A stretch of DNA of 64,000 bases from Oikopleura dioica (Eukaryota > Animalia > Chordata). The notes beneath the pieces were generated by a model. It worked only from the letters and a program-made list of their open reading frames with translations. It was not told the origin of the DNA and did no database searches. The translations under genes and the position numbers were made by a program. Where the stretch lies: NCBI GenBank assembly GCA_907165135.1, contig OU015568.1, positions 14,136,001-14,200,000 on the forward strand, given 5' to 3'. Below, one piece after another: positions 1 through 10,792 of this stretch (its first letter is position 1; each line of letters begins with the position of its first letter).

Positions 1-230
1 ATCGATTGCGTCACTTAGGCATCTTCTAATCAAGGCGCAGTGTTTGACCTGTCCGAGCGAGACAAGCGCAAGCCAGAGGCCTTGCGACAACTCTGAAGTC
101 AACTGCCGCGCGGACATGACACTTTGCCTAGTCAAGGTAGTTTTTTTATTCAGCAATGTGACGCAAGCTTACTAATCATTGAATTTTCCTTGACCTAATA
201 GCTAAGGCTGTACGTTGATAGTATTTTTAG

Positions 231-1556
231 TGCTTGTACTCCAATGAAACAATGGTCCCCTTCTCATATCTGATCAACAACCCGACAGATATCACTGATT
301 GGAAGTTCTCGTCAAACAACCAGACCTTCGAAATGCTTGAAGACAACGAAAAATTCAATAATCAAACAGCTTTGAAAACGCGAAAGACTTTTGTGACCTT
401 TTTCGGGTCTGAACGAATAGGGGGAAAAATGGTTTCCTTCAAATTGACGAGACCTAAAACGCAGCGTTCTGAGCGCTTCCCAATCGTCGTTTTTATGCCC
501 TCAGATCGAAGCGTCCAGAGCGAGAAGAGATTTGATTTTGGACTGAAGGAATACTTTGCATCAGCTTATCAGCTCAATGTGCTCGAATTTGATGGTCTTG
601 GATCGGAGCTGGGGTCAGGAATGGTTCGGATAAATTTGATTTTCCAAAACGGAACAAAAATGAACCAGAAAAGCCGATGATTATTGCTCTGGTGATTCTA
701 TGGAGTCCAGAAGCAACCAAGTGGTCGACTTTCTCTCTAAGTTGACGGTAAAAATTTACGAATGCAAATTTTACACTTGCACTTCACTTAAATTTTATAA
801 TTGAAACACGTTCTGGTTTAATTTTAAACGACACGTTCAATCTTCAAAAAACAATGTTTCATTTTAAAAGAGTACATTTTTAATACCGCTAAGTTCATTT
901 TGAAGGATGGTGGGTTCAAGAAAAGCCAAATGATATTTGGCTTGGACACAAAGAAGATTGCGCTTTTTGGATTTGAAAATGGTGCGAATTTGGCGCTCTC
1001 GACAGCTTCGAAATTGAAGACGTTGAATTGTACATTGGCGATTTCATTGCTCGCTGATTCTAGCGATTTAGGTAATCAAAGTCTGAGTAAACTCGGCTCT
1101 AATTGTCTTTTAGCATCTCCGATTTCGTCAAATATAAAATCATCATCAAATCTCACTAACGATATTGACACGAATAACATCAGAAAACTCAAACTGATAA
1201 GTCCTCTTGATGACGGTAAGAATGCTGAACCAATTTATTATAATAAAATTCAAGATTTTATATCACCAATCGATGCAATCTCACTGGATCAAAAATTTGG
1301 TATACAGAAAGATATTTCGCTGAAATTTCTAAAAGGAACGAGTGAATCGCTTTTATCTTCAAAATACTGGGGTAAGACCGATTTGTATGCTCGTCATTTG
1401 CAAGTGTTTAGATTTTTACGGCGAGTACTTCTCATCGTGCCTGAAGAAGAGCTCTCCTTGAACACGCCGCGCCGCCCGAGTCTTCCACGAGTCTTCCCGA
1501 ATTCCAAGCAGCGCCATCTGCCGTTCGCACTGCTAATAGAACTAATAAAAACGTAA
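231..1556 (+). CDS. Alpha/beta-hydrolase-fold protein (HSL/carboxylesterase-like), spliced, probably 5'-partial
   Basis: Motifs RFPIVVFMP and FGLDTKKIALFGFENGANLAL resemble the G-x-D-x-x-x-I-x-L-x-G-x-S-x-G-x-N-L-A region of HSL-family hydrolases. Acceptor at 230; in-frame upstream exon ends with a GT donor at 137. Several GT-AG introns lie inside ORF 900..1556; if the last (40 nt) is spliced the stop is at 1461. Confidence 0.5.
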
Positions 1557-1611
1557 CGCGAATTCTTTCTTATCATTCAATCCTGCAACACGGAAAAAAC
1601 GTAACCTAGAG

Positions 1612-3275
1612 ATGAAGCTAGGGATACAGTTGCCACTGCTTATCGCTGCCGTAAAATCGCAGTTTACGGTTACAATCAAATTATGTACAGACAGAGATCG
1701 CTCGCCCAAAATCGTGAATCAGGCTTGGGCTCCTTCCGGAAGTTTGACAATGCAAATCGGATCCAACCCCTCCTTTCCGCTCAATTTGCCCTACAATCAG
1801 AAGAAACACGAAGAAGATATGACCGAAGAATACGAAGGAGACATTGACAGTGCTTCGACGGTAAGATATTCTTTTAATTGACATGTGAAAATTTGAATAT
1901 GTAGGTTTCCTTCCTGTATACAAAGAAAGACATCTTGTGCATCGAGAAACTAGAGCTGAGATCATTAAAATCCGGCGCTCAATTCAACATCATTCAAGAC
2001 TACGATCCCTACGCTTGGGACCCAACATCTGGCGATCAGTCTTGGACATCTCTTACAGGTAAAAGTCGCGAAAACAACTTAAATGTGACACCGATCTAAG
2101 GCAAAAAGATTTCATACTGGGCAGATGACTGCATGCCGGACAGTCGATTTCTCACCAAAACTGCACCCTTCGCCCAAAGTTGCCACGACTCGGTGACTTT
2201 TGACATCGTTGCGAAAAACGAGTGCGCTGATGGCACGCATGGATGTGATCCAATCGCGCAATGTGTTGATACTCAATTTTCATACGAATGTGTTTGCCCA
2301 CAAGGATTCATCGGAAACGGGCTCAAACCTATTGCTGCTTTCGCGAGAACTGTTCCTCGAGGTTGCGTGCCTGATGGACGAGCAGCTACTGAAACATCAA
2401 CAACGACGACGACGACGACGACGACGACAACAACTACGACAACTACAACGACAACTACGACAACGTCTACAACAACAACAACGACGACGACCACGACCAC
2501 GACCACGACGACGACCACTACGACGAAAAAGGCAGCGGAGCTAAACTCCTACTGCTCAAGAGAGGATGAGAAGGAAAAGCCTGACTGGCTAATGCCTTGG
2601 CCTCGTCGATCAGGATGTCAGTACCCTACTTGCGACGCCACAATTACGATTGTAGATTCCTGGTCAAGAAAGAGAGCGAATCGAAGAGGTGGCCTGCATC
2701 ACGGATTTGCCGCAATCATCAAAGTCCCTCCTCATGTAAGATTTTCTTTGCAATTTCAGATTTCTACTCATCATTTAATAGCACTACGACGGCGATGGAT
2801 TTTCGATTCTTCTTCGTTTACCGAAAGATATGGAGCGAGGAAGCTTTCAAGTGTGGAACATGAATTTCTGGAATTTCTACGAGGGCCCCAACGGGGAATT
2901 TGACGTGTTGCTCCACTCAAAATGGTGGAATAACAAAAATGACAGAACCGATCCCCACTCATTCCTCATTGTTGCTGAGCGATTGTCAAGTCCTGAATTC
3001 CGTAAGATCATTCAAAATTTGGAGATTTTGAGTTTTTAGCCTCGATTCTCTTCTGGAACAACCGGCAGAAACGGCACCATTGCTTCCAGTCAAATATGAT
3101 GAGAGGTGGACGATTCAAAGATGGAGAGGATCCAATTCAGGTTTGTTTTTCGATGAAGATTTATCCTAATTGTATTTAGACAATCGTCCAATCTTCCAAC
3201 AGAGATGACAGAACAACCGATGACATCGTCAAGATTGTCATCAATAGAGGATCAATTCAGCGAGTTCGCCACTAA
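1612..3275 (+). CDS. Secreted modular protein: signal peptide, N-terminal domain, Ca-binding EGF, Thr-rich mucin stalk, C-terminal CBM2-like domain
   Basis: Signal-like MKLGIQLPLLIAAVKS; EGF-Ca NECADGTHGCDPIAQCVDTQFSYECVCPQGFIGNG; poly-Thr. Exons join through GT-AG introns (e.g. 1861-1904, 2736-2781, 3002-3039) to end ...GSIQRVRH* at 3275, followed by AATAAA near 3316. Confidence 0.8.
2394..2525 (+). repeat. (ACN)n coding repeat encoding a poly-Thr mucin-like stalk
   Basis: About 44 codons, nearly all ACA/ACG/ACT/ACC, in frame with the EGF exon. Confidence 0.9.
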
Positions 3276-3334
3276 AAACCTCATTTCTATCCTATTCTTT
3301 TGTAAAAATATATTAAATAAACTTCAAATATAAA

Positions 3335-5100
3335 ATGAGAACAACCAAATACGAATTACAAGTGAGTAATTCATTCTTAGCATTTGTTCCATTTAGAGCG
3401 ATTTTAACAAGTTTTGAAAAATAAACAAATAATGATCATTTCGAATAGAGTCCGACGGAGATTGTAATCAACTCTTGATAATTCTTCAGCATATTTCAAA
3501 TTTCAGAGATCAGCAAGCAAATATCAGAGAAAATGAGGCTTGATAAGAGACTACTTCTCTCTACGCTAAACGAAAACTTCGAAAATCGACAGGCATTCGA
3601 AAAGGGCGATTTTCGATGCCCTCTTTATACAATGAGACAAGCAACTGAAATTTACAAGCGTCTCGGATTGAACGCTGCTAGATCAATTTTTCGTCTGCTG
3701 CAGTTGACTACAAGAGATACGCCGATCAGCGGGACCTTTCTTATTCGGATATTGTTCCTAGATGGGAGAATCCAAACGAATACACTCCAACTGGGTCAGA
3801 GCTTTTGGTTCCATATCGTTTTGCCGCTGACAACTTTCCCTCCGACGACATAAATTTCATCAAATCCGCGCTGGATGCTCTAACCTCTCAAATAAACGGA
3901 TGCATCACTCTATACGACGATACAGATACGGCTCTTTATCCGCATTATATAAACGTGAAGAGGTTCGATGAGAATTTCATCGTCGACCAAGGCTGTTGGT
4001 CATACATTGGCCACGTCTTTTGGAACGGGCAAAATTTGAATCTGGGCCCGAATTGCATGAGCGTCGGTACTATCCAGCACGAGTTTCTTCACGCCCTTGG
4101 TTTTTCCCACGAGCAGACGCGTGCCGACCGAGATGATCACATCAAGGTCTATTTTGACAATATCAAACCTGATTTTGCGAATAACTACGCGAAAATCCCG
4201 ACAGAAGAATGGGAAGATGTCAGTTCTCCTTACGATTTTACCTCGGTAATGCACTACGGCTCTGATTTCTTCATTACAGATGAAGCATGGGCTGCTGGCA
4301 ATTACACCATGACATATTTGAATGGTGAACCAATCTGGCCACAGCGAAACGGAGCTACAAGCATTGATATTCACCAGCTTACATACGCGTACGACGGTTT
4401 CTGTGCTGGCCAAGTTGAGTTTGAGACGTGTGATAATGGTGATCCACTGTTACCTGCAAGGTCAGAGGTCTAAAAACTAAGAACTCGATGATTTGAGATG
4501 TTTTAACCTCTTACAGACTCTGTGATGGAAACTCAGACTGCGCTGATGGCTCCGATGAGGGAGACGAATGCTTAGTAGAGTGGGGCTGTTGCGAATCATT
4601 TGAGTGAGAAAACTCTTTTGGGGCAGTTTAAAATTGAAATTTTCAGTCTTGATGGCTTTGGGCAGGTCTTTTCGAGTCCTGGATGGACTCTCGTTGGCGT
4701 TGAAAAGGAAAATAATCGGCCGTACTATACTGACGGTTCAAAAACCCTACTTTACGGTGGCTACGTCGGTGGAAACCATAACTGCGGCAGTGCTACGCCG
4801 AGTTATTACTGGGCTATTGTTGGCAAAGTTTGGGATGCAGGAGTCAATCCTGGCTGTACTGAATTCAATGATGCCCTTCTTGGCCAAGACATCGGTGTTT
4901 TTGCAACTGAATTGGTGGAAGACCCGACGGTTGCTTCATGTATGGCTTCGACAGCAACAATTTCTAACTGCGTCCCAGGTTTGTTTTATTCTAGGGCAGA
5001 GCTTATCTCCGTCTACTTATATATAATTCGCACTCTATCGCAAATACTTAAAGCTTCCTTGGAAGAGTTAGTGACATTGGTAGTGGCAAAGCCTTTTTAA
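3335..5100 (+). CDS. Astacin-family (M12A) zinc metalloprotease with LDL-receptor class A domain
   Basis: HEFLHALGFSHEQTRADRDD zinc motif and SVMHYG Met-turn; LDLa CDNGDPLLPARLCDGNSDCADGSDEGDEC after splicing. Start is uncertain, and an apparent frameshift lies at T-run 3687-3691. Confidence 0.85.
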
Positions 5101-5444
5101 GCTTTTCAAGGGCGTCAATTTGATTTCGATAACTTTTAAAACTCGCCCCTAGAGACTGATCGATTCGTTTACGAGCAAAAGAGGCCAAAGGCCCCAAAAA
5201 CCAATTGTAATAAAACCTTTTTTTCTGCTTCTTTTTCTATAAGAAAGCCAAGATGAGAACAACGCTCGTTTTGCGGAACCTGACGAGAGAGAGATGCTTG
5301 GTAACGACCCTGAGTCAGCTGAAACCAGTCAAGATTGACAATGTTGAAGGTAAGAGATAAATATTTAATAAATTTTAAATAAAATGGATTAGCCTAAAAT
5401 CGGGCTAAAGAGAAGGCAGTGCAAAGTTAACTTTGAATAAGCAG

Positions 5445-8400
5445 TTACGGTACGGGATGAAAAACGTAGCCGCCTCGGGCGAATGTTGACGGGCTTCCAG
5501 GAGTCGAGACGGCGACCATTCCTGGCGGGATTCCTCCTCCGGCGGTTGCCATATGATAATGTTGTTGACTGAGTCTCATGAAGATGTCAGACGAGAAGTT
5601 TTTGATCTAAAACAGGTGGTCATATTTATTGAAGTTATTGGTCCTACCGATTTTCTCATTTCTTCCATGTCTTCTCGGAAAGAATCGAGCGTATCTGAGC
5701 ATCGTCCACAGCCATCATCAAGGGTGTTTTTCTAAACAATAAGAACTTGAGTTGACATAAAAATAACTTACCATTCGTGTTCCATCTGGGTTGAGCAAAA
5801 CGACATAATTTCCGTCGACAAGAAAGTCTTTGGAATATAAGCCAAGGATCTGGAAGAACTTGTAGCTCGTCGCTTTTTCAAAACAAAAGGGCGGCCTGCA
5901 GAATTTTTCGTTGACGCTTTGGCGTAGCTCCTCGTAATGGATCGTCCCTCCGTTGAAAAAACACTCTTCGAAAAGATGCTCCCTGGAAAGTCGTTGGTAA
6001 AGGCGACAGAAAGGGACTTACTTGAGGTGGTCTGTTACAGCGCTGGTGACATTTCGCGCCGTTTCAACAAGAGAATCATCATCTTAATTCATTGAGATAG
6101 GTTCTCTTTTACTTTTTTCTCGTAGTTCTTACTTTCGGCTGCAGCAGACGCTTCCGGTTTTTTCGACTTCACCGAATTTTTATCCTCATTTTCAGGATAC
6201 TTCGGCTTCGAAGTTGGAGCATCTTTCCAGTTTTTCTTCGCGGGCCAGTTGTTGCTTGAATTGCCAAAAGCAGTTCGTGCGCGATCATATTTCTCCTGAT
6301 TGGAATGACCGCCCTGAAACTCGGGTTTCTTCTCCTGCAAAAAAATTAAAATCGTGAGAGGAGGATGCTTCTTACCTGACTGGGCCATTTCAAGTTTTGT
6401 TCATTATTGTTTCCATCCCAGGAATCGTCACTGTCCTCGGAATAGAAAGTCTTGGGTCGAGTTTCCTTCTTCCTTGATTTTGAAGTCAAGGTGACTTTCC
6501 TCTTGTCGTCGTCGATTTCATCGTCAACGTCAAATTTCTCCAGCTTTTGCTTCTGACCGTTTTGTGGCTTGAAACTCTTGTAGTTCGAGTATTTGGCTTT
6601 ATTTTTCTAAATGAAAAAAGCTTTAAAAGAAGCGGCAGGAGAAAGTACTAACCTTGAATGAAAACTTAGTATCAGCAGATTTCGGGACAGGCTTGCTTAT
6701 TACAGGGGAGAATTTCGGCGGAGGCTTGACGACTTTTGAAAGCATCTTCTTCTTCGTGCTTTTTTCGGCTTTTGACTTTCCAACTAGTTGAGCTATGTGC
6801 GACGTACTTTCCGAAGCTTGGGCTACCCAGACTTTATCCCCTTTCGGATTCAGCCCCTAAAAAGAAGCTGTTTATGGGAAGATTTATGGGTTGGGTTTAA
6901 CCTTTACACTGACGAGATCTGGGCAGAGCATAAGGTCTCTCTCGAATTTTTCAACAGTTCCGCATCGCTAAAGAATTCAATCAGCATTAGAAATAGATAA
7001 AATCTTACCATTCCCATGTTACTCTCAAGAAAGCCCCGAAGTTGCCAGGCAGTGGCTCCTTTAGTAGAGATCAAGTGCGCTCGGATCATCATTTTTGTTC
7101 GCGAAGGGAAAATATCCTCGTCTTCTTCCACAACTACCTTCTTGATTTCTTCAACTTTCTTCGTTGTTTTAGTTTCAGCAGGAGATTGTGCCTTCTTTTC
7201 ATTTTTCCGTTCCATGTCATTTCTTCTTGATTCTTCCACCCTTTTTTGAAGATCTCTCTTCCAGTCAGGTTCTATTTCCTCACCGTAAATCTTCTCGATT
7301 GATTCTGGCTCAGATAATTCAGACGATTCACTGCCAAGCTCATCCTTTTTGCAAATTTCATCTTCATAATCGGTCCACTCGCAATCGACCCCATCGCCGT
7401 TGATTTCAACGTCGGAATTCTCCTCGTCAGTTCGAACCTTTACTTGCTCCTTTTCACTCCTAGGTTCACTCCAGTACGAAGCGTTTTCCATCCTTGCATC
7501 AATGCCCAAGTCAAGCTCCTTGTCACGTGTTTCGTCCACAAAAGAAAAACTTTCTTTCGAAATGTTTCCGCTGCTCTGGTCCAACAGGTCGTGCGGCGAT
7601 TCTTGATTCTTGGATAAATCTTTCGAGCTCTCCGAAGTCTCTTCCGATGAGCTTTTTTGACGGCCAACGGGAACAGGAAAATGAATCTCGACTCCTTCCT
7701 CAATGCTCAACGGGCTGGTTGGAGGGTCGAAGTTTGGGGGGAGTTGGGGGCCGAAGGACGCATCTGATTCTGCAGGTGTGGCTTCTGGTCTATTAAAAGA
7801 ACTTTAGTCCATCATTGATTTTCATAAGTTTACCTGATTTCTAAGTTCTTGAGGTTCAAGATATCCTGGATATCCCTGACAACGACATCGTACGACGATG
7901 ACTCGGACGGCTTCTCGATCCAAACTTCCTCAGATGTCTCGGAACTTATCTCTTTAGCTGATTTTTCAGATTCTGAATTGGGAAGCTCTTCTGAAGACTC
8001 TTTCGATTCTTCAGATTCGGGCTCTTCGGATTCTTCTGACTGTAACTTTGGCTTCTCGGTAACACAAATTGTGTCGAACCTTTTTTCCAGCGCGGAAATG
8101 GCATCAATGAGCGAGATTTTCTCTGAACTCTTGGTTGAGTTCTGAGACTCTTTTGGCTTGAATTGCCAGTCGTCATCGTCCGAATATTGAGATGCTTCGG
8201 ACACGGGCTCTTTCGGCTTTGGCGACTCTTTCGAAACAACTCTTGATCCAAGTTCCTCGCATGATGGGAAAATTGTAATTTTAAGTTCTTGAGCTTTCTT
8301 TCGGCCAAAGTCTCCGTCAAAGTCTCTCATCTCTACTTATCAATTTTTATAATAAAGTAGACTTCTGCGAAGGACAGCGACTGTCCGTGATTTTCGAGGC

Positions 8401-8898
8401 ACCGCGATTGGCCGAGGAAAAAGTGACTCAACCTACCGAAGCTAAAAAATTTGAGGAACTGGCCCTGTCATCAGGAGGAATGGGAGTTGAGGAAATCGGT
8501 CTCATCTTTTTCTCTGCGAATGATTCTTGGCTCGAGTCGGAATCGGCGCTTTTGAGCAATCCGGGCGTTTCTAGACCGGCGGGCGTTTCTAGAACACCCC
8601 AGTCGTCTGATTCTAGTGATTCTGGCTCTCTTTTTCCTTGAAAACTCGTCTCGTAGCCAGCTTGGAAAGATGAGTTTCTCTTTGTGGGATTAGAGTTTGC
8701 ATCTTTCTTCACAGAAGAAGCAGGGATGGGGACATGAGCTCCTGGTACTTTTTGAATGTTGTACTTTCCCTTGATTTTCGCGTGGAAGGTCGTGTCATCT
8801 TCAGGACTGCTAGAATCGATCAAATCCATTGGGTTCAAATGCGCCACCCCTTGGATTCTGGCAAAGTTCTTTTGGCGAAAATTCTTAATTTTTGGCAT
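5445..8898 (-). CDS. Large acidic, low-complexity protein with an extended LOTUS (OST-HTH) domain and a possible second winged-helix region
   Basis: Spliced exons (introns 6968-7008, 6857-6901) give RTKMMIRAHLISTKGATAWQLRGFLESNMGMRCGTVEKFERDLMLCPDLVSVKGLNPKGDKVWVAQASESTSHIAQLVGKSK, resembling TDRD5/TDRD7 LOTUS plus its C-terminal extension. S/E-rich ORFs 8428-8898, 7830-8330 and 6904-7710 link through GT-AG introns. Last exon ends ...GGYVFHPVP* at 5445. Confidence 0.65.
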
Positions 8899-9029
8899 TC
8901 TCTACTTCGATTTGCGTCTGTTTGACGGTTTTTTGGGGAAAATTAGACTTGCAGGTGGTGTTGGTCGTCGCTGAGTTTGGCTCAGTTCGTTGATCGTTAG
9001 ATTTACTCTCTATTTTGATGTTTTTATGA

Positions 9030-9862
9030 AGAAAAATTGCAGTTTTTGAGCAGTTGAGGACCTTTAGACAGCGGATCTCTTTGTCTGAACGAGAATATTC
9101 ACAGATAAAATGTCTAGAAAAGATATTATGGGAGGCGGAACTAGAATGTCTCAGTAAAATTCTTGCTTCAGAACATTGTCTTGGAATGGACGCAGACACC
9201 CGATCAGCAGTTGAACACGAGCTGCGAAGATTGCGCCGCGAACACGAGGAAGAACTCGCGCGAAACAACATCCATTTCAACGTCAAAGTACGACTTTTTC
9301 TTGAGTTAGTTGTATTCTTTTAAGCCACCAAGAGCTGAACTCCGCAAGTGCTTTATTCACAACGCCGTGCCTTTCGTGGGATTTGGATTTTTGGATAATT
9401 TCATCATGTTGATTGCTGGCGACGCGATCGAGAGTTACTTCGGGTATGGTTTCTTCGTTGTTGTCAGTTTTCATCATGAATTCTTGAGGACGTACTTTCA
9501 CATTTCTGTTCTGGCCGCTGCTGGATTAGGAAACACACTTTCTGACACTATTGGCATCGTTACCGGTGATCTCGAAAATTAACTTTTCAGGGTGATAGTT
9601 TCATTCAGGTGGTTACATTGAACTTCTGGCTGATAGAATGGGCTTGCCAAAGCCAGTGTTTACGGCGCAAGAAGAAGATTCTCATGAAGCAAGATACGCC
9701 AAAACCGGTGGTCAGATGGTCGGGTATGTATTTCTCTGAATTTCAGAGTCGGAAAGAATTGCAATAAAAATATCATTTACTAGCATCATTGTCGGCTGTA
9801 TCATTGGAATGTGCCCGCTTTTGTTCTTAGGAAAGTTTCAAAATCGTAAATTTATTTCTTGA
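9030..9862 (+). CDS. TMEM65: Transmembrane protein 65 (mitochondrial)
   Basis: CFIHNAVPFVGFGFLDNFIMLIAGDAIE...AAAGLGNTLSD...GGYIELLADRMGL...VGIIVGCIIGMCPLLF matches the TMEM65 family; GT-AG introns. Start codon not resolved. Confidence 0.9.
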
Positions 9863-10792
9863 ATATTTTTTATGAAGAAAAAATGCTGAAACTTTCAAGA
9901 TACGGGCAAATACAATCGACCAGAAGATCCACCATTAGCCACTGCTCCTTTCCAATAAGATTTTTGCCAAAAAAAGCAACTACCTCTTTCTACTCTTTTT
10001 GTGATCTAATAAAATTAGTGAAGTTTCGTTCTCATAATTTCTTTATCCTGAGAATGTTGAAGTGCGAGTGGATGATCGTTCCTGAGCAGTAACGTTGATT
10101 TGGTTGTTTCAGTGATAATTTGATTTCCTGCCGAGCTTGAAAGGTCCCCCTTATCGGATTGACGCGCTCGCCTCTTGCCCTTTCAGAGTTGGCTTCGAAA
10201 TTAACGCAAAATTTGTATAATGTGAGTACATCTTGCTCTGATCTTCGAATCCTGTTCTAAAAAACTGTATCCAGGATACAGTATCCTTCTGAGCGAGCAC
10301 TAACATTCTGGAGCAACTCTAACGCATCGACCACAGACTCCACCGCTCCCTCGACCATGATATTTTCTCCAAGCTGATTTTATTGTCCGATAACTCGAGG
10401 AGTCCCTCTCCCAATCCTGTGGCTCTATCGTGAAAGGTTGCGGTTTGTCTTACACCCAAAAAAGCACTCTGAGTTATTTTAAATAGTATTATTTATTCAC
10501 AACATGCTTGAGTATTGTCTTTTTCAAACAGTATAATTTTTGATTTCAAAATAGCTAAAAATATAATTTTTGGGCAAAATGTTTGTTTTGGCGAAAAAGT
10601 TTGTTCTTGAGGTTAACTTTCGTGAGAATAGCAAATTCTGTACAAAAAGAGGACGCGGGATGAAAAGGGTAAGGCACGGAGAAAGAATAACGCAGTTTTA
10701 GGTTTCTCGATTAGGCACCATGAAGGAATAAGAGCTGGTTTGAGATAGAGTGCAAGACGCATAAGCGTGAATAAAATGCGCTGGCGCCTCCT

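Noticed and set aside
2200-2544. Gln/Arg-rich and poly-Val ORFs
   Set aside because: Alternative-frame and antisense shadows of the poly-Thr repeat.
9900-10450. Possible small minus-strand gene (MVEGAVESVVDALELLQ...) and a short palindrome near 10265-10281
   Set aside because: Exon phases and ends could not be resolved; insufficient support.
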